A DNA stretch of 64,000 nucleotides from Hydrolagus affinis (taxonomy: Eukaryota), in assembly GCA_012026655.1 (NCBI GenBank), contig JAAILG010000411.1, positions 1-64,000 on the forward strand, in the 5' to 3' direction. How positions within the stretch are numbered: position 1 is the first letter of the stretch; every line of letters begins with the position of its first letter. Below are positions 49,846 through 62,985 of this stretch, piece by piece. The translations under genes were made by a program, and so were the position numbers. The notes below the pieces were generated by a model. The model was not told the DNA's origin and did no database searches. It worked only from the letters and a program-made list of their open reading frames with translations.

Positions 49846-50047
49846 TATGCCCCGAAACTTTGGAATTCCCTCCCTCAACTTTTTCACCTTCCCCCACGCT
49901 TTCCCATCTTCAGGTCGCGCCTGAAGACCTTTCTCTTCGACCGCGCTTACGGTCACCTTCCCTCTCCCATTGCTCGGCCTGAAGCGATTTGAGACACTAA
50001 CGGGCGTGGAGGGCGCTATATAAATGCAAGTTGTTGTTGTTGTTGTT
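49846..50047 (+). mobile_element. L2 3' fragment with (TTG)n tail
   Basis: YAPKLWNSLP..FRSRLKTFLF, stem-loop, GCTATATAAATGCAAG(TTG)n. Confidence 0.9.
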
Positions 50048-51129
50048 TAACCCCCTATGCCTTCTCTCACAGTCAATTTGGAGAGATTCTGCCAAAGTGC
50101 GGGTCTCTGTCTCTCAGCTGTAAGCTTCACTCAGCTGCTGTCTGAACACTGATGGGATTCGGTGAGAGCGAGAGCAAGCACGCATGGGAGGCTTGTACAG
50201 CAACGTTCTCTAGCTTGATTGATAATCCCGTCCCCTGAGCGAATGGAAGAAAGTTACACTCTTGAATCCTGTATACTTTTGAGAAAAAAATGTAGCAATT
50301 CAAATCTACTGGCCTACTATCAGCTGTGACGTGACACTGATGATAGTCAAATGTTTGCTGCATATGAAGTAAAATCTCTATCTGTCAAACTGACAGCTCG
50401 CATTTATACTTCTGACTCATTCACCACTATTGACTTCCCCTTACAGAGCCTGAAAGGCCCTGCTAATCTCTCATAGCACTGTATTTGTGATTAAGATATG
50501 GATGCCGAGGTTGAATTTGCAAGCTTTTTCTAGAAACCTAATGGTTACTAACTGTAATTATGGACGGTTGGATTATTTAAGTATCAACCAACAACGTCAC
50601 GGTATAGCACATAAAGATTCTGCCTTTTCCTCACTTTCGGCCACAAATTACACAATCAATCCGCTTCACAGTATATTCTATAAAGCGCTTTGGGCCATCT
50701 TATAAACGTGATAAGGCGCAATATGAAATGCAATTTTTATTATCATTATCGTTGCTTGCTTTAGCTACAACAGCAAAATTACGCTTGTAGCATAATAACG
50801 TCTTTCACTTTAGGAGGATGTCACAAGGCGCTAGCGTATCAAGCTCACACTTAAAAAGCAATTAAAAGCAAGGCCAAGCCTCAGTTGTTAGCACTTTCAC
50901 TTCTTGAGACAGGTGTTGATATAAGGCCCAGTTATGGAATTTGAGCTCAAAGTCTAAGCAAATATTTCAGTGCAATGATGCAAATTCAATCTCGGCATCC
51001 ATATCTTAATCCGAGCTGTTGTTCTTTGGATGAGACGTTAAACTGAAGCCACAGGAAACCCTGGGAGACTGACAACATGAAAAGGCTTTGTACCAAATGG
51101 AAGGATTATTAATAATATTGGAATTAATG

Positions 51130-51400
51130 ATGTTGAGGGGTGATCTGACTGAGGTATTTAAAATAAGGAAGAGCATTGACAAGTCAGATAGCAATTAGGT
51201 CGGTTGAGTCTTACACTGGTAAGAGAGTCAAAAAAAAGTGGATCTAATCTTTAAAAATTCAGCAAAGCCAGTTAGAAGGAATCTTACTGTTAGATCTGGA
51301 CTCTAGATCTGGACTAACTGGAATCTAGCTAGTTAGATCAGGAAACATTTCTACACATGAAGGATTCTGAAAATGTGGAACGTTAGAGGCAGAATCAATT
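51130..51400 (+). mobile_element. CR1 ORF2 C-terminal fragment
   Basis: LRGDLTEVFKIRKSIDK..RKHFYT..MWN resembles the CR1 motif LRGDLIEVFK. Confidence 0.8.
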
Positions 51401-51404
51401 TATA

Positions 51405-51570
51405 ATGACAATAAGCCTTTGATTTTGAGCCTTGTCACCCACTTCGAGATGTTTCAAAGCATTTCACAGAATATACTGAAAAGTGAATTGACTGTATACT
51501 TTGTGGGTGAAACTTGGCAGCCAATTGCGCACAGTAATGTCCCACAAACAGTCATGGTTTGAATGACCAC
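51405..51570 (-). mobile_element. SINE 3' half
   Basis: Tail and Deu core on the minus strand. Confidence 0.85.
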
Positions 51571-51734
51571 AATTTACTTTTTATTTTTTACAAGTGTATA
51601 TTTTTAAAGGAAGTTAGATAACTGAGAAATAAGAAACGTATAAATGGGAATAGGGAAAAAGCAAAGAAAATGAGATTTAAAGATGTTTGAATATACTGAG
51701 GGAATGTGTGTACATACTGAGTGAGTGTATGTAC

Positions 51735-51937
51735 CTAATAGTAATCCCTAAAAAAAAATATTAAATTGATCATTTCAATGTATTTCAATATTGGTGGGGA
51801 CACTGCTGTGCGCAATTGGCTGCTGCGTTTCGTCCACAAATATGCAGTCAATTCACTTTACAGTATATTCTGTGAAGCGCTTTGAGACACAGTCTAGAAG
51901 ACATGGAAAATGTCAAATGCAAGGATTATTATTATTA
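51735..51937 (+). mobile_element. SINE 3' half
   Basis: Deu core GTGGGACACTGCTGTGCGCAATTGGCTG and tail. Confidence 0.9.
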
Positions 51938-53164
51938 TCTGCAACTACTTTGCAGGGTAGCGTCCCAGAGAGGTTAAACTCCCTTGGAAAAGGACCGGGG
52001 GGAGGGGGTAGAATTGTTCAAATAATCACTGATTTTGGCCAAATCATATCTTTTTGCTGATTTATTATTGGACATAGTCAGAAAATGAACGTATTGAAAG
52101 CAACCGTGGACTCAGGTTGAAGAATAAAAACCTGGAAACGGATGTTTTCACCCCAACCTGTCATGCTGGTCACACTTTGCCTCTATTGTGCAAATGCCAG
52201 CTTCTATCAAAATGAGTAATGGAAAAATTAGCAAGGCCTGCCCATCCCAAATCCCCTAGGAGTTATCAAATGCGCTAAGCTTTCAGCATTAAAGAGATGT
52301 TGCACCCAAGAGAGATCTGTTGCTCTCAAGCAGAGCGATGGAGACTGGCACGGTTCAGGGTGTCTGTCTTCAGTCTAATTTGAAGCCTTCATTTTTATCT
52401 GAATCTGCAGTCTGTTACTTGTGGTCTTTGTTTTCTACGTCGACAAGGTTCCCCTGCCTTGACGGGTTGCTGTGCTCATTACATTACTTACAAATTTACC
52501 CTCTTTGAGGGAATTGCACATAGATAATCAACTCCTCCTCTGAGCAATTTAAAATATCCAACAATGAATGCATTATTCCTTCTTTGTTCTGGTATCATTT
52601 TAGAATCTCTCTCTCTATCCTCTCTCTCTCCCCCCACCTCCTCCCTTTCCCCCACCCCATCTCTCTTATATCCGCTCCAGAAATAGTCACAGTCAAGTGC
52701 CACTTCTACTCATTGCGGATTCAAGTGAAATTTCCTGGGTTTCGAAATTCTCTTCGGAATTTTGAAGCGTGACATGGGATGCAGTGGCCTAGATATGATC
52801 AATAGTAAGAAGTGCATTTGCAAGTTGTCAAGAGTAGCGCACACCTATCAAAGCGCATCAGCATAACTGGACGTTTCATCAGTGAGGCGAGCAGTAGACT
52901 GTGTTGAAATGCAAGTATGTTTTCACACTGCAAAAGGAAAAGAGTGCCAGACACAGGCTTCCTTGTCACCGAGTGACTTGTGCACATACCATGCTTCAGC
53001 TTCTGCACATTGGGATGTTCACCAAAGCTCATTGTAATAAATTGGGCCCATTGATTTTCTTTGGCTGGTGTTTTGCAGCAGATCAGACAGATGTTAATTG
53101 CCCTCAGTTGAAAATGGTATGCGAGAGGGCAGGGAGATAGGGGGAGAAAATGGATGTCAGTACT

Positions 53165-53495
53165 CCCGTGGTCACAATCTTCCAGATAACTCAACCTGCC
53201 ATCCTCCCATTGCAAGATCAAGCTGTGTTTTTTTCAATAAATAAATCCACTGTCCTAGCCTCGAACACCCTTACTGGTAATCTGCTTCAGTCATTAATTA
53301 TTTCCTGTAAGTAATTACAATTTAAAAATTCCTGGTATCTAACCCTAAATTGCCTTTTCCAACCCGAATCCTGGGTCCTATTTCTCTGTTGTCTTGGTGC
53401 ATTGGAAAGTATTGGTCTAAGTTACTTCCTCAATCCCATTTCTGAAATATATCTACCTCAAATCGCCCCTCTGAGGTGATTCTTTCAAGCCTACA
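53165..53495 (-). mobile_element. Decayed CR1 3' fragment
   Basis: Antisense ..CCTAAATTGCC..TACCTCAAATCGCCCCTCTGAG (LRGDL-like) at the right end. Confidence 0.55.
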
Positions 53496-54267
53496 ATCAC
53501 TACACTTCACAGTGTAATCTACGAAGAACTTTGACACATCTGGTCACTTTCATTTACTTCGGCCAACATTGACTTGGTTAGTCTTCTTCCAGCAGTTGCA
53601 TCTATCAATAGGATTGATGCTGAGAGCAGCAGGATCTTAGTTTATGTTGCACCAATGATAATTGGTTGGCTTGGAGGGACTTGTGAGCTGCTGTCAATCT
53701 TGATGGCTTTAATTGAGGAGCCATGATTAGTGGAGACTTCCAGTAATCAGTGCAAAGGATTTCCCTCTGCTGTTGTTACTTAACCGTTTTGGTGCAAGGT
53801 ACTTCAGATAATCAAAAGCCAACCAGCTTCACTCGTTGCAGGTTTATGCAAGAACAAAACTTCACAAGAAGGCCCAAGACATTTTGTTTTGTTTATATAT
53901 GAGATCAAAATGAGTCCTTACTTATTTCCACACCAAGTTCCTCTAGTTTGCTGAATGTAACTGCAGGAGATTGGAAATGTGATAGTTTTGAATGAATAGA
54001 AGAAAAGGAGGAGTGATAATTATACAGAATTCAGATTGTCCCTGAATTATAAATGGAGTGCAGAAAAGACAAGGGATCTTCCAAAAGAAACATTCATTGC
54101 TGAGCTACACCCATATTTTACCTTGCAGTTAAAAGGAGCCTAATTAGTAAGCTTTAGATGGTATGTTGAGAGTATGGAAACAAGTGACAATATTGGTGCT
54201 TGTTTAATACTGCATATCCCTCTATGATTTACTTGGTAGAGCTACTACCTCTGTACCTGAGCTGTAC

Positions 54268-54732
54268 ACTGGCTCAGTTGGTAGCATACTTGCCTCTGAG
54301 TCAGAGGATTTGGGGTTCAATCCCGACATCAAGGCTACACTAACTCTGCAGTACAGTGCTGGGGGAAGGTTGTAATATCAGAGGCTCTTCAGATGACTCA
54401 TTAAACTGAGGCCTCTGTCTGTTCAGGTGCGTTCTGCCCACAAAACATACAGTCACAACACTTCACTGTATATTCTGTGAAGCACTTTGAGATGTCTTGA
54501 AGTGATAAGGCGCTAAATCAAATTATATCGGACGATCCAGTGGCACTGTTCGAAAAGTTAAGGTGTTTCTCCCGGGTTGATAATCCAATTCACTTCATGG
54601 CTTCTGTGGGACCATCGCTGTGTGCAAATTGGTTCCTGCTTTGCTTTCACTCATTGCACCTGACAGAAACTTTGTGAGGCAATTGAGGTGTCTGTACTGG
54701 GCTGTACTGAATGCAACGATTATTATTATTAT
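54268..54732 (+). mobile_element. SacSINE1-like SINE with an internal SINE-tail insert
   Basis: Head GGCTCAGTTGGTAGCATACTTGCCTCTGAGTCAG..GGGTTCAA; tail insert at about 54435-54525; Deu core at about 54600. Confidence 0.75.
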
Positions 54733-55305
54733 TCTCATTACTAATGATTTGGCTATGTCACTGACAGTAATGGGTTAGGTGATGTGGTCTGTCCAGATAT
54801 TAGCAATTAATATTGCCTTCAATGAGAAACCTTCTCGGATTGCAGGAAATCGGCATAAATAAGAGTTAACAAGCTCCAAGCTATTTTTAGAATCTAAAAC
54901 ATGATCTGCCCTGCACCTGAATGTTGCACTGTGACCAGAAATACTGCACACAGAGCACTTGCTATTCCCTTTGTGGGTTCGAGATGACTGAGGCTGCAGC
55001 AACATCCATCAAACCTTCAGCCTGTGCTCCCAGCTGAGCTGAATTTCCAGGGATAGAGAGCATTACCAATACACCAATATTTGTTATCAGGTGATTTTTC
55101 ATTTAAGCAGCCACGAAACGCTTCTTCTGACAGTTTGGCAACTGTGGTGCGCACATAGAGTCGAAAAGCAATTGAACATTATTTTTTTTCTCCTCTACTG
55201 CTTGTGTTTTCATAATAATAATTGCACTTGATTCACTGCCTTGGGACACTCGGCTGCCGGGTTTCGCCCATAAATATACAGTCAATTCACTTTGCAGTAC
55301 AGGTT

Positions 55306-55405
55306 NNNNNNNNNNNNNNNNNNNNNNNNNNNNNNNNNNNNNNNNNNNNNNNNNNNNNNNNNNNNNNNNNNNNNNNNNNNNNNNNNNNNNNNNNNNNNNN
55401 NNNNN
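55306..55405. other. Assembly gap (100 N)
   Basis: N run. Confidence 1.
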
Positions 55406-55740
55406 GTGGGGTGACACGGAGGGTGGGGGTGGGGGTGATACGGAGGGCTTGTGGGGTGTGATATGGAGAGCTGGGGGTGGAGGGCTGGGGATGGTGTGAC
55501 ATGGAGGGCTGGGGGTGGAGGGCTGGGGGTGGTGTGACATGGAGGGCTGGGAGGGGGGGACACAGAGGGCTGGGAGGGGGGTACACAGAGGGCTGGGAGG
55601 GGGGACACGGAGGGCTGGGGGGTTGACACAGAGGGCTGGGGGATGGTTGACACAGAGGGCTGGGGGGGAGGGGTGACATGGGGGGCTGCGGGGGGGGGGG
55701 GCGTGACACGGAGGGCTGGTGGGGGGACGGGTGACAAGGA
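55406..55740. repeat. G-rich minisatellite, ~20-25-bp unit (GACACRGAGGGCTGGGGG)
   Basis: More than ten degenerate units seen directly. Confidence 0.9.
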
Positions 55741-56664
55741 GGGAGCCAATGTTCCCAAACCTACTAGCTAGGCTGGATGATTGCAACATCGCAATCTGGG
55801 TCCTAGTGCTATACGCTAGCTGTTCGCGCACACACAATATCTGTAGATCCTTGAGTGCAGCTGGACCACGTGGGGTAGTAAAGATGCTGATAAGCGGGAA
55901 CCGTGGAGCGGATGAATACACACCAATATGCGGATGAATGCGGTCCCTTGTTTGGAGGAGTGAAACTTGAAAATTTAAACTGCGTATTTAAATCGCGGAC
56001 GCACAAAATGCGATTTGCGAGGGTTTTGTGGCATTTAGCAAACCGCGGATATGTGAGTTTTGTGGTTGGCGAGGCCGCGGTTGGGGCGGGATACCTGCAT
56101 ATTTTTTGAAGAGCTTCTATCAAATGCAAGGATTATTATTAATAGTGGATATGTTATTATCATAATGTCTCTTTCAAAGCTTCACAAGATTTTTATTGTA
56201 AGGTGCACTAACCCTGTTGGCTGCTAATCCTGAAATGAGGACTTTTACTGTAAACTAACGGGGAAGTGAAAAATTAACAAGGAGCAACAAGCATAAAGAA
56301 TTTTTAAAAAAACAATTTAACAAAACAATTTAATTTCCTTTTAAAAAAAACACGCACACACTACAATATTGAGAATACAATATCCATGAGATATTGTGTA
56401 TATCGCCACGCGCCACTTTCGGTGAAAAGTTGGTGCCAAGGAAAAGTATTTTTTTTATTGAACTGCAGTGCGTTGGATTTGAAATGAAAACTTTCATCCC
56501 GAAGAATCAGTGACCAGTTAACCAGCTGCACAGATGTGAAGCTGGGCATGCTTGACCTAGAAGTCTCTGCTGGAGCCTGGGATGTGTTAAGCCGCGGGTG
56601 GGTGGGGGAATGGAGAAACCATTGCTAATTTGCACTGACAGCATGGCTGAGCATAAATGTTTTT

Positions 56665-56770
56665 TGAGGCCCTACAATTGGCCTGAGCAACTCTCTTGGT
56701 AATGGACGGAAAACTAGCCAGAATTCCTGCTGTGCATCATAAACCAGCATTAGCTACTGTGTGTATGTTT
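56665..56770 (+). mobile_element. AmnSINE2-like remnant
   Basis: GGCCCTACAATTGGCCTGAGC..GGAAAACTAGCCAGAATTCCTGCT resembles AmnSINE2 GGCGCTACAATTGGCCTCAGC..AAAATCAGCCAGGGTTCC as recalled. Confidence 0.5.
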
Positions 56771-59404
56771 GTGTAACCTTCTGAGTAAAGAAAAACTTTC
56801 TGGTGCCCATCCTGAAATTGCCTCTTTGCGACTCTTGTTGTCCTCTTACTCTACTGTCTTTGTGTATCTTATAGTATGGTTCTGGATTTACATTTTGCAC
56901 GAGGATGGTTTGGGTTATTGTCAAGATGGCAAATAATAATGATCCTTGCGTTTGATATGGTGCTTTCCTTTTCTTCTGGACAACTCAAAGTGCTGCACAG
57001 AATATACTGTAAAATCAATTGACTGTACATGTGTGGAGAAAAAACAGTTGGGTTTGTAGGCCATTATCTCTCTGGGACGTATTGTCTTCAGTACGGTGAT
57101 GGGTTCCTCGCACATGCAGACATCCAGGTGACTGGAGAAATGTCCATCACATTGTCAACATGTCTTAAAGCACATTACAGGAATTACTGCAAAGTATAGC
57201 ATTGAAGCATCTTCCTGACGTGAAAGATCAAATGCAAAGTATTATCACTTACTGTACTTGTAACTATGTTTTTGTTCTCCAAGAAAACTCAGCACACTGC
57301 AGGATGAAACCTATTCCTGTGTGTTAAACTATCGTTCTGTTGTACAGTATTAGTTACCCATGCAGGAATTTATCATATTAAGGGATTTATTACGTTTTGC
57401 AACTTGAGTGATGATTTCAAGGATGAGCTAATTGGTAGTTTTTTTATTTCATTACACGAAATTACACTTGCAAGATGTTTTTTTTCCTGTGGGAGTTATT
57501 GAGATTTCACAACCAATTTTTTAAGTCATCGCTTTGCGTTGATATCATTAGAAGACGGGTTATTGGTTGTGTTTTTTTTATTTTACCAAGCTGACAAATA
57601 TATTATGCTTTCCTTCTCGATGCAGAAAGCTCGAGCAATTTTGTTTCCAAGTTTAATGCTGCAGAAAATAGTTTGGTGGATTTAAAAACTGAGCTGATTA
57701 AGATTTGCATGCAAATTTTCGACAATTAGTCAAGTCTACACAACTGTTGTCAAATGCTCATGGTCTTACCCTGTATCTGGAGGATACAATTTATTTGTTA
57801 CAAATGACTACAGGGCTTCTATAATACAAACTAGGCATATTACCCTTAAGACACTAAAAGTTGGATGCAAAGCCTAGTTTGTGTTCAATTTGGACATGTG
57901 GACTGCCATTATGAAAACAAATGCAATGATGAAACTAGGCAAACATAAAATAGGTTTGAGACTGTAATATTTAATCCCTTCAATATGTATTGTTTGACTG
58001 TGAAATATACATTGAAATCCAGTGTCCAGTATCCTGATCTCATCCACCCATCCGATAAATTGTTCCACTTGTAAATGAGTAGTATTCTTGCATTTGATAC
58101 AGCGGATTCCAAACTGGAGGACATATCAAAGAGCTTCCTTCACAGGAATGGCTATAAATTGTGTTGATTGTGTAACGCAGCAGCCAATTTGCACTGTCTG
58201 CCCACTGTCCCCCCAAGAAGCACTAAAGTTAATAATCAGCCTTATCTGGGGGAATGTTGGCCAGGGTGATATCCTTTTGCCCACAAATCATACAGTCAAT
58301 TCACTTTATAGTATATTTTGTGACGCCTCAAAGACATGATAAGGCGCTATATCAAATGCAAGGATTATTACAGTATATATTTATTATTTAGTGTCAAGGG
58401 AAAGAGACAGATGGGACCATGGTTTAACATTTTATTTAAAGGACAATTACCACCTGGGTGAAGAAATCCTTCCTGCTGTCTGTCCTGAAATTGCCCTTTG
58501 CAACTCTTGTTCCGCTCATTTCCTTTTGAAGACATTTCTTGCCAAGATTGAAGAGCCCTCCACATATTCCCACCCTACCATCTCCAGGTCTTTATTCGCA
58601 ATGCAGCAAGCATTCAGACACCCAGCTGCTCCAATATTGCTTCTGACTGACAATCTGTCTGCTTAAACCATGGTCTGTAACTCTTCCAGCACGTAATATA
58701 ATGTCAATAATCTGTTGTGGTTTTGTTCCTCATGCTGTGAGCTCTCATTTTCCCCTTCAAGTCTCAGGCAATTTTAAGATCAGACTTTGCTCCAATAATC
58801 TCTCTGGATGATCAACTTGTCAGCTGAAAGATGGTTTAATGCCACACAATTTACTGCTTTCAACAGTTACAGCCTTTTCAGCTTTGTGTCTTCTCATAAT
58901 CATCAGCTCTGATTTGTTTTCTGTATCATAGAAGCTCCCAGCCTCTTTTGCTTGAACAGCTAACAGCTTTTTTTTTTGTTGGTTCTTACTACAGCTTTAT
59001 TTAAAGGTTTCAAAGCTGATGCTCTTGTATGGGATCAGGCATCTGAGGAGATAAATAAAGCAGGCTCTTCATAACTTTTTCATCTCATCCTTCCAAAATC
59101 CTCAACCGACCATCTTCCCAATTACGGCAGCAAGCCATTTCTTAAAGGAGTAAACTCTCTTTGCCTCAATCCCCCTGGTAAACTAACCAATTTCAATGTA
59201 GTATACCCTTTGTGTAAATATATACTTACTGCTGCCTGTACTGAAATTGGCCATTACAACTCTGAACTAGAATTCCGTCATTTTGAACAATGTTGAGACA
59301 AAATGGTCTTCAGATTGAGAGCCCAGGTTGGCGTGTTCTATTAATCTGAATTATTTTGTGGTCAAATCGATGTAGAGATATTCCTGTTGTTCTGACTGAG
59401 GGCT

Positions 59405-59812
59405 TGCTTTCCCCAGGGCTCTGTCCTTGGCCCTCTCCTTTTCAACATCTATATGCCTTGGTGATGTCATCCGCAGACGTGGGTTCAACTTTCATATGTA
59501 TGCAGATGACACCCAATTCTATCTTTCTGCCTCCATGACCCCCACCCACCCACCCCACCAACAATGGGTGAGCCTTCAGCCACTCTGCCCCAACCTTTGG
59601 AACTCCATCTGGCAATCCCTCTGCCTCGCCCCCTCCCTAGCCTCCTTCAAGTCCCACTTCAGGATCGTCCTCTTTGCTATCGGTACCATCTGTCACCACC
59701 TGTCCCCTCCCTTCCTTCCACCCTCCCCGATCACAACCCCAGCTCATGTCCAAAGCACTGACTAACCAGCGCCTTGGGACGTCCTCCTCATGTGAAAGAC
59801 CTAAATATACTT
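59405..59812 (+). mobile_element. Internally deleted L2 fragment (RT motif plus 3' end)
   Basis: PQGSVLGP..LGDVIRRRGFNFHMYADDTQFYLS (RT YADD) joined directly to the 3' region and stem-loop. Confidence 0.9.
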
Positions 59813-60528
59813 GCTTCATTGTGACACACAGAGCTCGCCACCAAAGGCTGTGTGGAGGCAGCTTCCAAACATCAGATGTTTGGAAAATAAATAATTAAAA
59901 ATTGCACTGAGTATAACCTTTCACCTCATCACACGTTACTGAGCCAGGCTCTGGGATTGCACAAGTGAGTTGCTTTCCCTCTGCTGTCTGAGCCCATCGC
60001 TCGGTTGTAAAGTACGGATGCAATTAGCTCAGTGCTACAAATGGCCTTTTCCCTTCGCACCAGAGATGTGTGCAGAGAGACAGGAGCAACGATTTGAAGG
60101 TAAAATGAAAATCATTATTTACTCCAGGATTGTAAGAAAATTGGAGGTCTCTGATCTACAAGATCAGGAGGTAATCGGAGGGCCGAGCTTGTGTAACAAT
60201 TTATAACTGAGTCTCTCCTGAACATTATTTTCCTTTTTTTATATAAACAGTATATATTTTGATAATAAAAGTTGTGATTTATTGCTCTGCAAACCTCTCA
60301 CACAGCCATACTTAGAAGTGAGTGCAAAGTTTCCATTAGTGTTCACACAATAGGAAGGTTGTCATATAACTAGGATAAGCATCCACATGTATTGGTTTTC
60401 AGCCTTGCAGCTTCTAAACCAGGATGCCCGAATCCATCAGTTCAATTCCAGTTTGATCTCGAAACTGGCCAGGGAACATGGAAGCACTTTGAGATTGATC
60501 TCTTATCACTTTTCCACTCCTTGGCAAA

Positions 60529-60628
60529 NNNNNNNNNNNNNNNNNNNNNNNNNNNNNNNNNNNNNNNNNNNNNNNNNNNNNNNNNNNNNNNNNNNNNNNN
60601 NNNNNNNNNNNNNNNNNNNNNNNNNNNN
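60529..60628. other. Assembly gap (100 N) next to a poly-C run
   Basis: N run. Confidence 1.
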
Positions 60629-60770
60629 CCCCCCCCCCCCCCCCCCCCACCCACCACCACCACACGCACCTTGCAGACTCCTACTACTGACCAATATATC
60701 TATTCAGTGATGCAATGAATTTCCAAGGAACGAATGGGCAACAGTAAAATACTGGACATCAGATGCATTC

Positions 60771-61120
60771 TGGAGTCCTGTAGCTCAGTGGTTAGAGCAC
60801 TTGCCCCACAAGTGAGAGAGATGTGGCAGGGTGCAATGTTGGGCAAGTTTCCGGAGTCCACAAGCCTCTGTTTACAGAGCAGTTGTTAATCTATTGGTGG
60901 GTCATTTTGGGGTGTAATAAATTACTTTTAAAAAATAAATTAGTCGCTTACATCTGCGATTCTCTGTGGGACACTGCTGTGTGCAAATGGCTGCTGTGTT
61001 TTGCCCAGAAAATATTCAGTCACTTCACTTTCCATTGCATATTCCGTTTTATATTCTGTGAAGCGCTTTGAGATGTCTCGAAGACATGACACTACATCAA
61101 ATGCAAGGATGATTATCAGT
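60771..61120 (+). mobile_element. Full-length decayed tRNA/Deu SINE, subfamily B
   Basis: TGGAGTCCTGTAGCTCAGTGGTTAGAGC head, extra segment, Deu core and tail. Confidence 0.88.
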
Positions 61121-62699
61121 ATTATCATCATTCTTGCATCGAAAACTGGTCCTTTTGATATCATTGTTCACAGGGCAGGAGGGTAGATGTTGCTACAAAA
61201 TGTCACACTATATCTTTACATTTTTCTACATAAAAGGTGCATTTGGATGAAAGTAATGTTCGATCAGGTCTTCGGAGAGCATTTTGCTGAGCACTTCTCA
61301 CTGGAATGCACACTGATTATTACAGCACCCATGAAAAGCGCATTCAAAGCCGTCTAGTGTGACTGATTTAATTACAGGAGTTGCAAAGTGGAACAAATTA
61401 GTTTTTTGTATTCTATATTGGAGATATTTCCCCTTTTAATAAATTGACAGTGTAGTTATTTGTGACATGCCTCTTGGATTTTGTTAATAAAATCAGAATT
61501 TTAAATGAAATAAACTCTTGAAAAGAAATAAAGCATGCGTGTCCTTGACATGTTTGCTTCTTTCTTTTATTGACATGGGAGGAGGAAGAGTGAGCCAAGT
61601 GAGATGAAATAGCACAGCCTGTTCATAAACACATTACTTGAATGATTTCATTTTAAGAGCTTCCTTGGTTTAAGCACTCAATGAATGCACCCTTTCTGGA
61701 TGAGAGTATTCCACTCAAACAGAGATACAACCTCATGTTTCAGACGACAAAAAATAAGACGATTGGTGTTATTTCTCCTCTCAATTACTTTCTAAGGTCT
61801 CACCTGTATTCTGTTGTGTTCAACTACTATGTTATGCATGTAGGAATGAACTCATCTAGTTTTGATAAGACCTCGCTTGATAAATTGCTGGCTGTTCAAT
61901 AGGAGAATTTGGTCTTATCGTGAACACTTTTTGTCCATGACCCTTGTTTAATGAATTTGAGTGCATGATCAAACTACATCATATAAAATTATAGCTGATG
62001 AGGAGGAAGTCATTCAGTCACAGTCGGAACGGGCCCAAGCTCATCAACAAAGCGACTGCACTCATCACAGCTCCGATCTCTGTTCCCGCACATTTCAAAT
62101 AGTTATGCAATTCTTAGAGGTGCAGCGAGTCCTCATCAAATCAACTGTAATTAATGCAGCCTTTGTAGTGTCAATTTGATGTGCAAAGAGCCTGGAATCA
62201 ACAAAACTGTCATGAACCCGGGGCATGTTGGAGACACTGATGCAATTGGGGGATATTATCAGTTATACTTTGTACTTTCCATTGCAGTGTTGTTACAGAT
62301 TAGGGGTAGGAGGCAATATCTGCTTTGATATTGGTACCCAACTTGAGAAGCAATCCTGGAGGTGGGTGAAACCGAGAGTATCTCTCTAGGCATAGGAGGG
62401 AGAGGAAGTGAAAATGAGTGTAGTAGGAAACACATTTTCCTTCAGTACCAGGCTGGGAAAAGTGCAGGGCTGGCTCCCTATCATATTTGTAAAGCATTTT
62501 GAGATATTCAGTCTACATTAAAGATAGAAGTACAATGTGTTGCTTTGAATACTGTATATAGTTTTGCTCAACTCCAACTTACAATTAGTTCCTAGCTCTA
62601 CAATCAACTGAAACGCAATATCAGTATTAATGTAGCATGGAACGAAAAGCACCTTGGTGATAGTAAAGCCCATTCTCCACTGAACAGACAAGATCCCAG

Positions 62700-62985
62700 C
62701 CAAGCGAGAGACTTGGGTTCGATTCCAGGCAGGGCGAGTCTCCTTACACCACAAGCCTGTAAATAATCTCTCCAAAACAATTTTCTTTTAATAAATTGGT
62801 CATTTCAATCCATGACTATTTGTGGGACACTGCTGTATGCAATTGGCTAACATTTTTCGCCCATAAATATATATATATATATATATACACAGTGAAATCA
62901 CTTGACAGTATATTCTGTGAAGCGCTTTGAGACATCTCGAGTGCTATATCAAACACAAGGATTATAATTATTATGATTATTATTA
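62700..62985 (+). mobile_element. Near full-length tRNA/Deu SINE with an internal (TA)n expansion
   Basis: B box GGTTCGATTCC, Deu core and tail. Confidence 0.85.

Larger units (their letters stand above)
55300..56097. mobile_element. Tigger/MER2-like DNA element nested in a SINE tail
   Basis: Starts TA|CAGGT and ends ATACCTG|CA; the host SINE tail ..TTTGCAGTA resumes as TATTTTTTGAAG..CAAATGCAAGGATTATT; spans a gap. Confidence 0.65.

Noticed and set aside
50968-50990. miR-130/301-like CAGTGCAATGATG (also 23707) and let-7-like TGAGGTAG (21757)
   Set aside because: Only the seed-proximal bases match, no precursor hairpin is evident, and the 50968 match lies in a SINE remnant.
55103-55921. Proline-rich 272-aa ORF
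   Set aside because: It is a translation of the G-rich minisatellite plus the N gap.
2800-62985. CRISPR-like recurrence of a hairpin repeat
   Set aside because: Copies are dispersed, on both strands, irregularly spaced and part of SINE/LINE tails; there are no cas genes and the context is eukaryotic.
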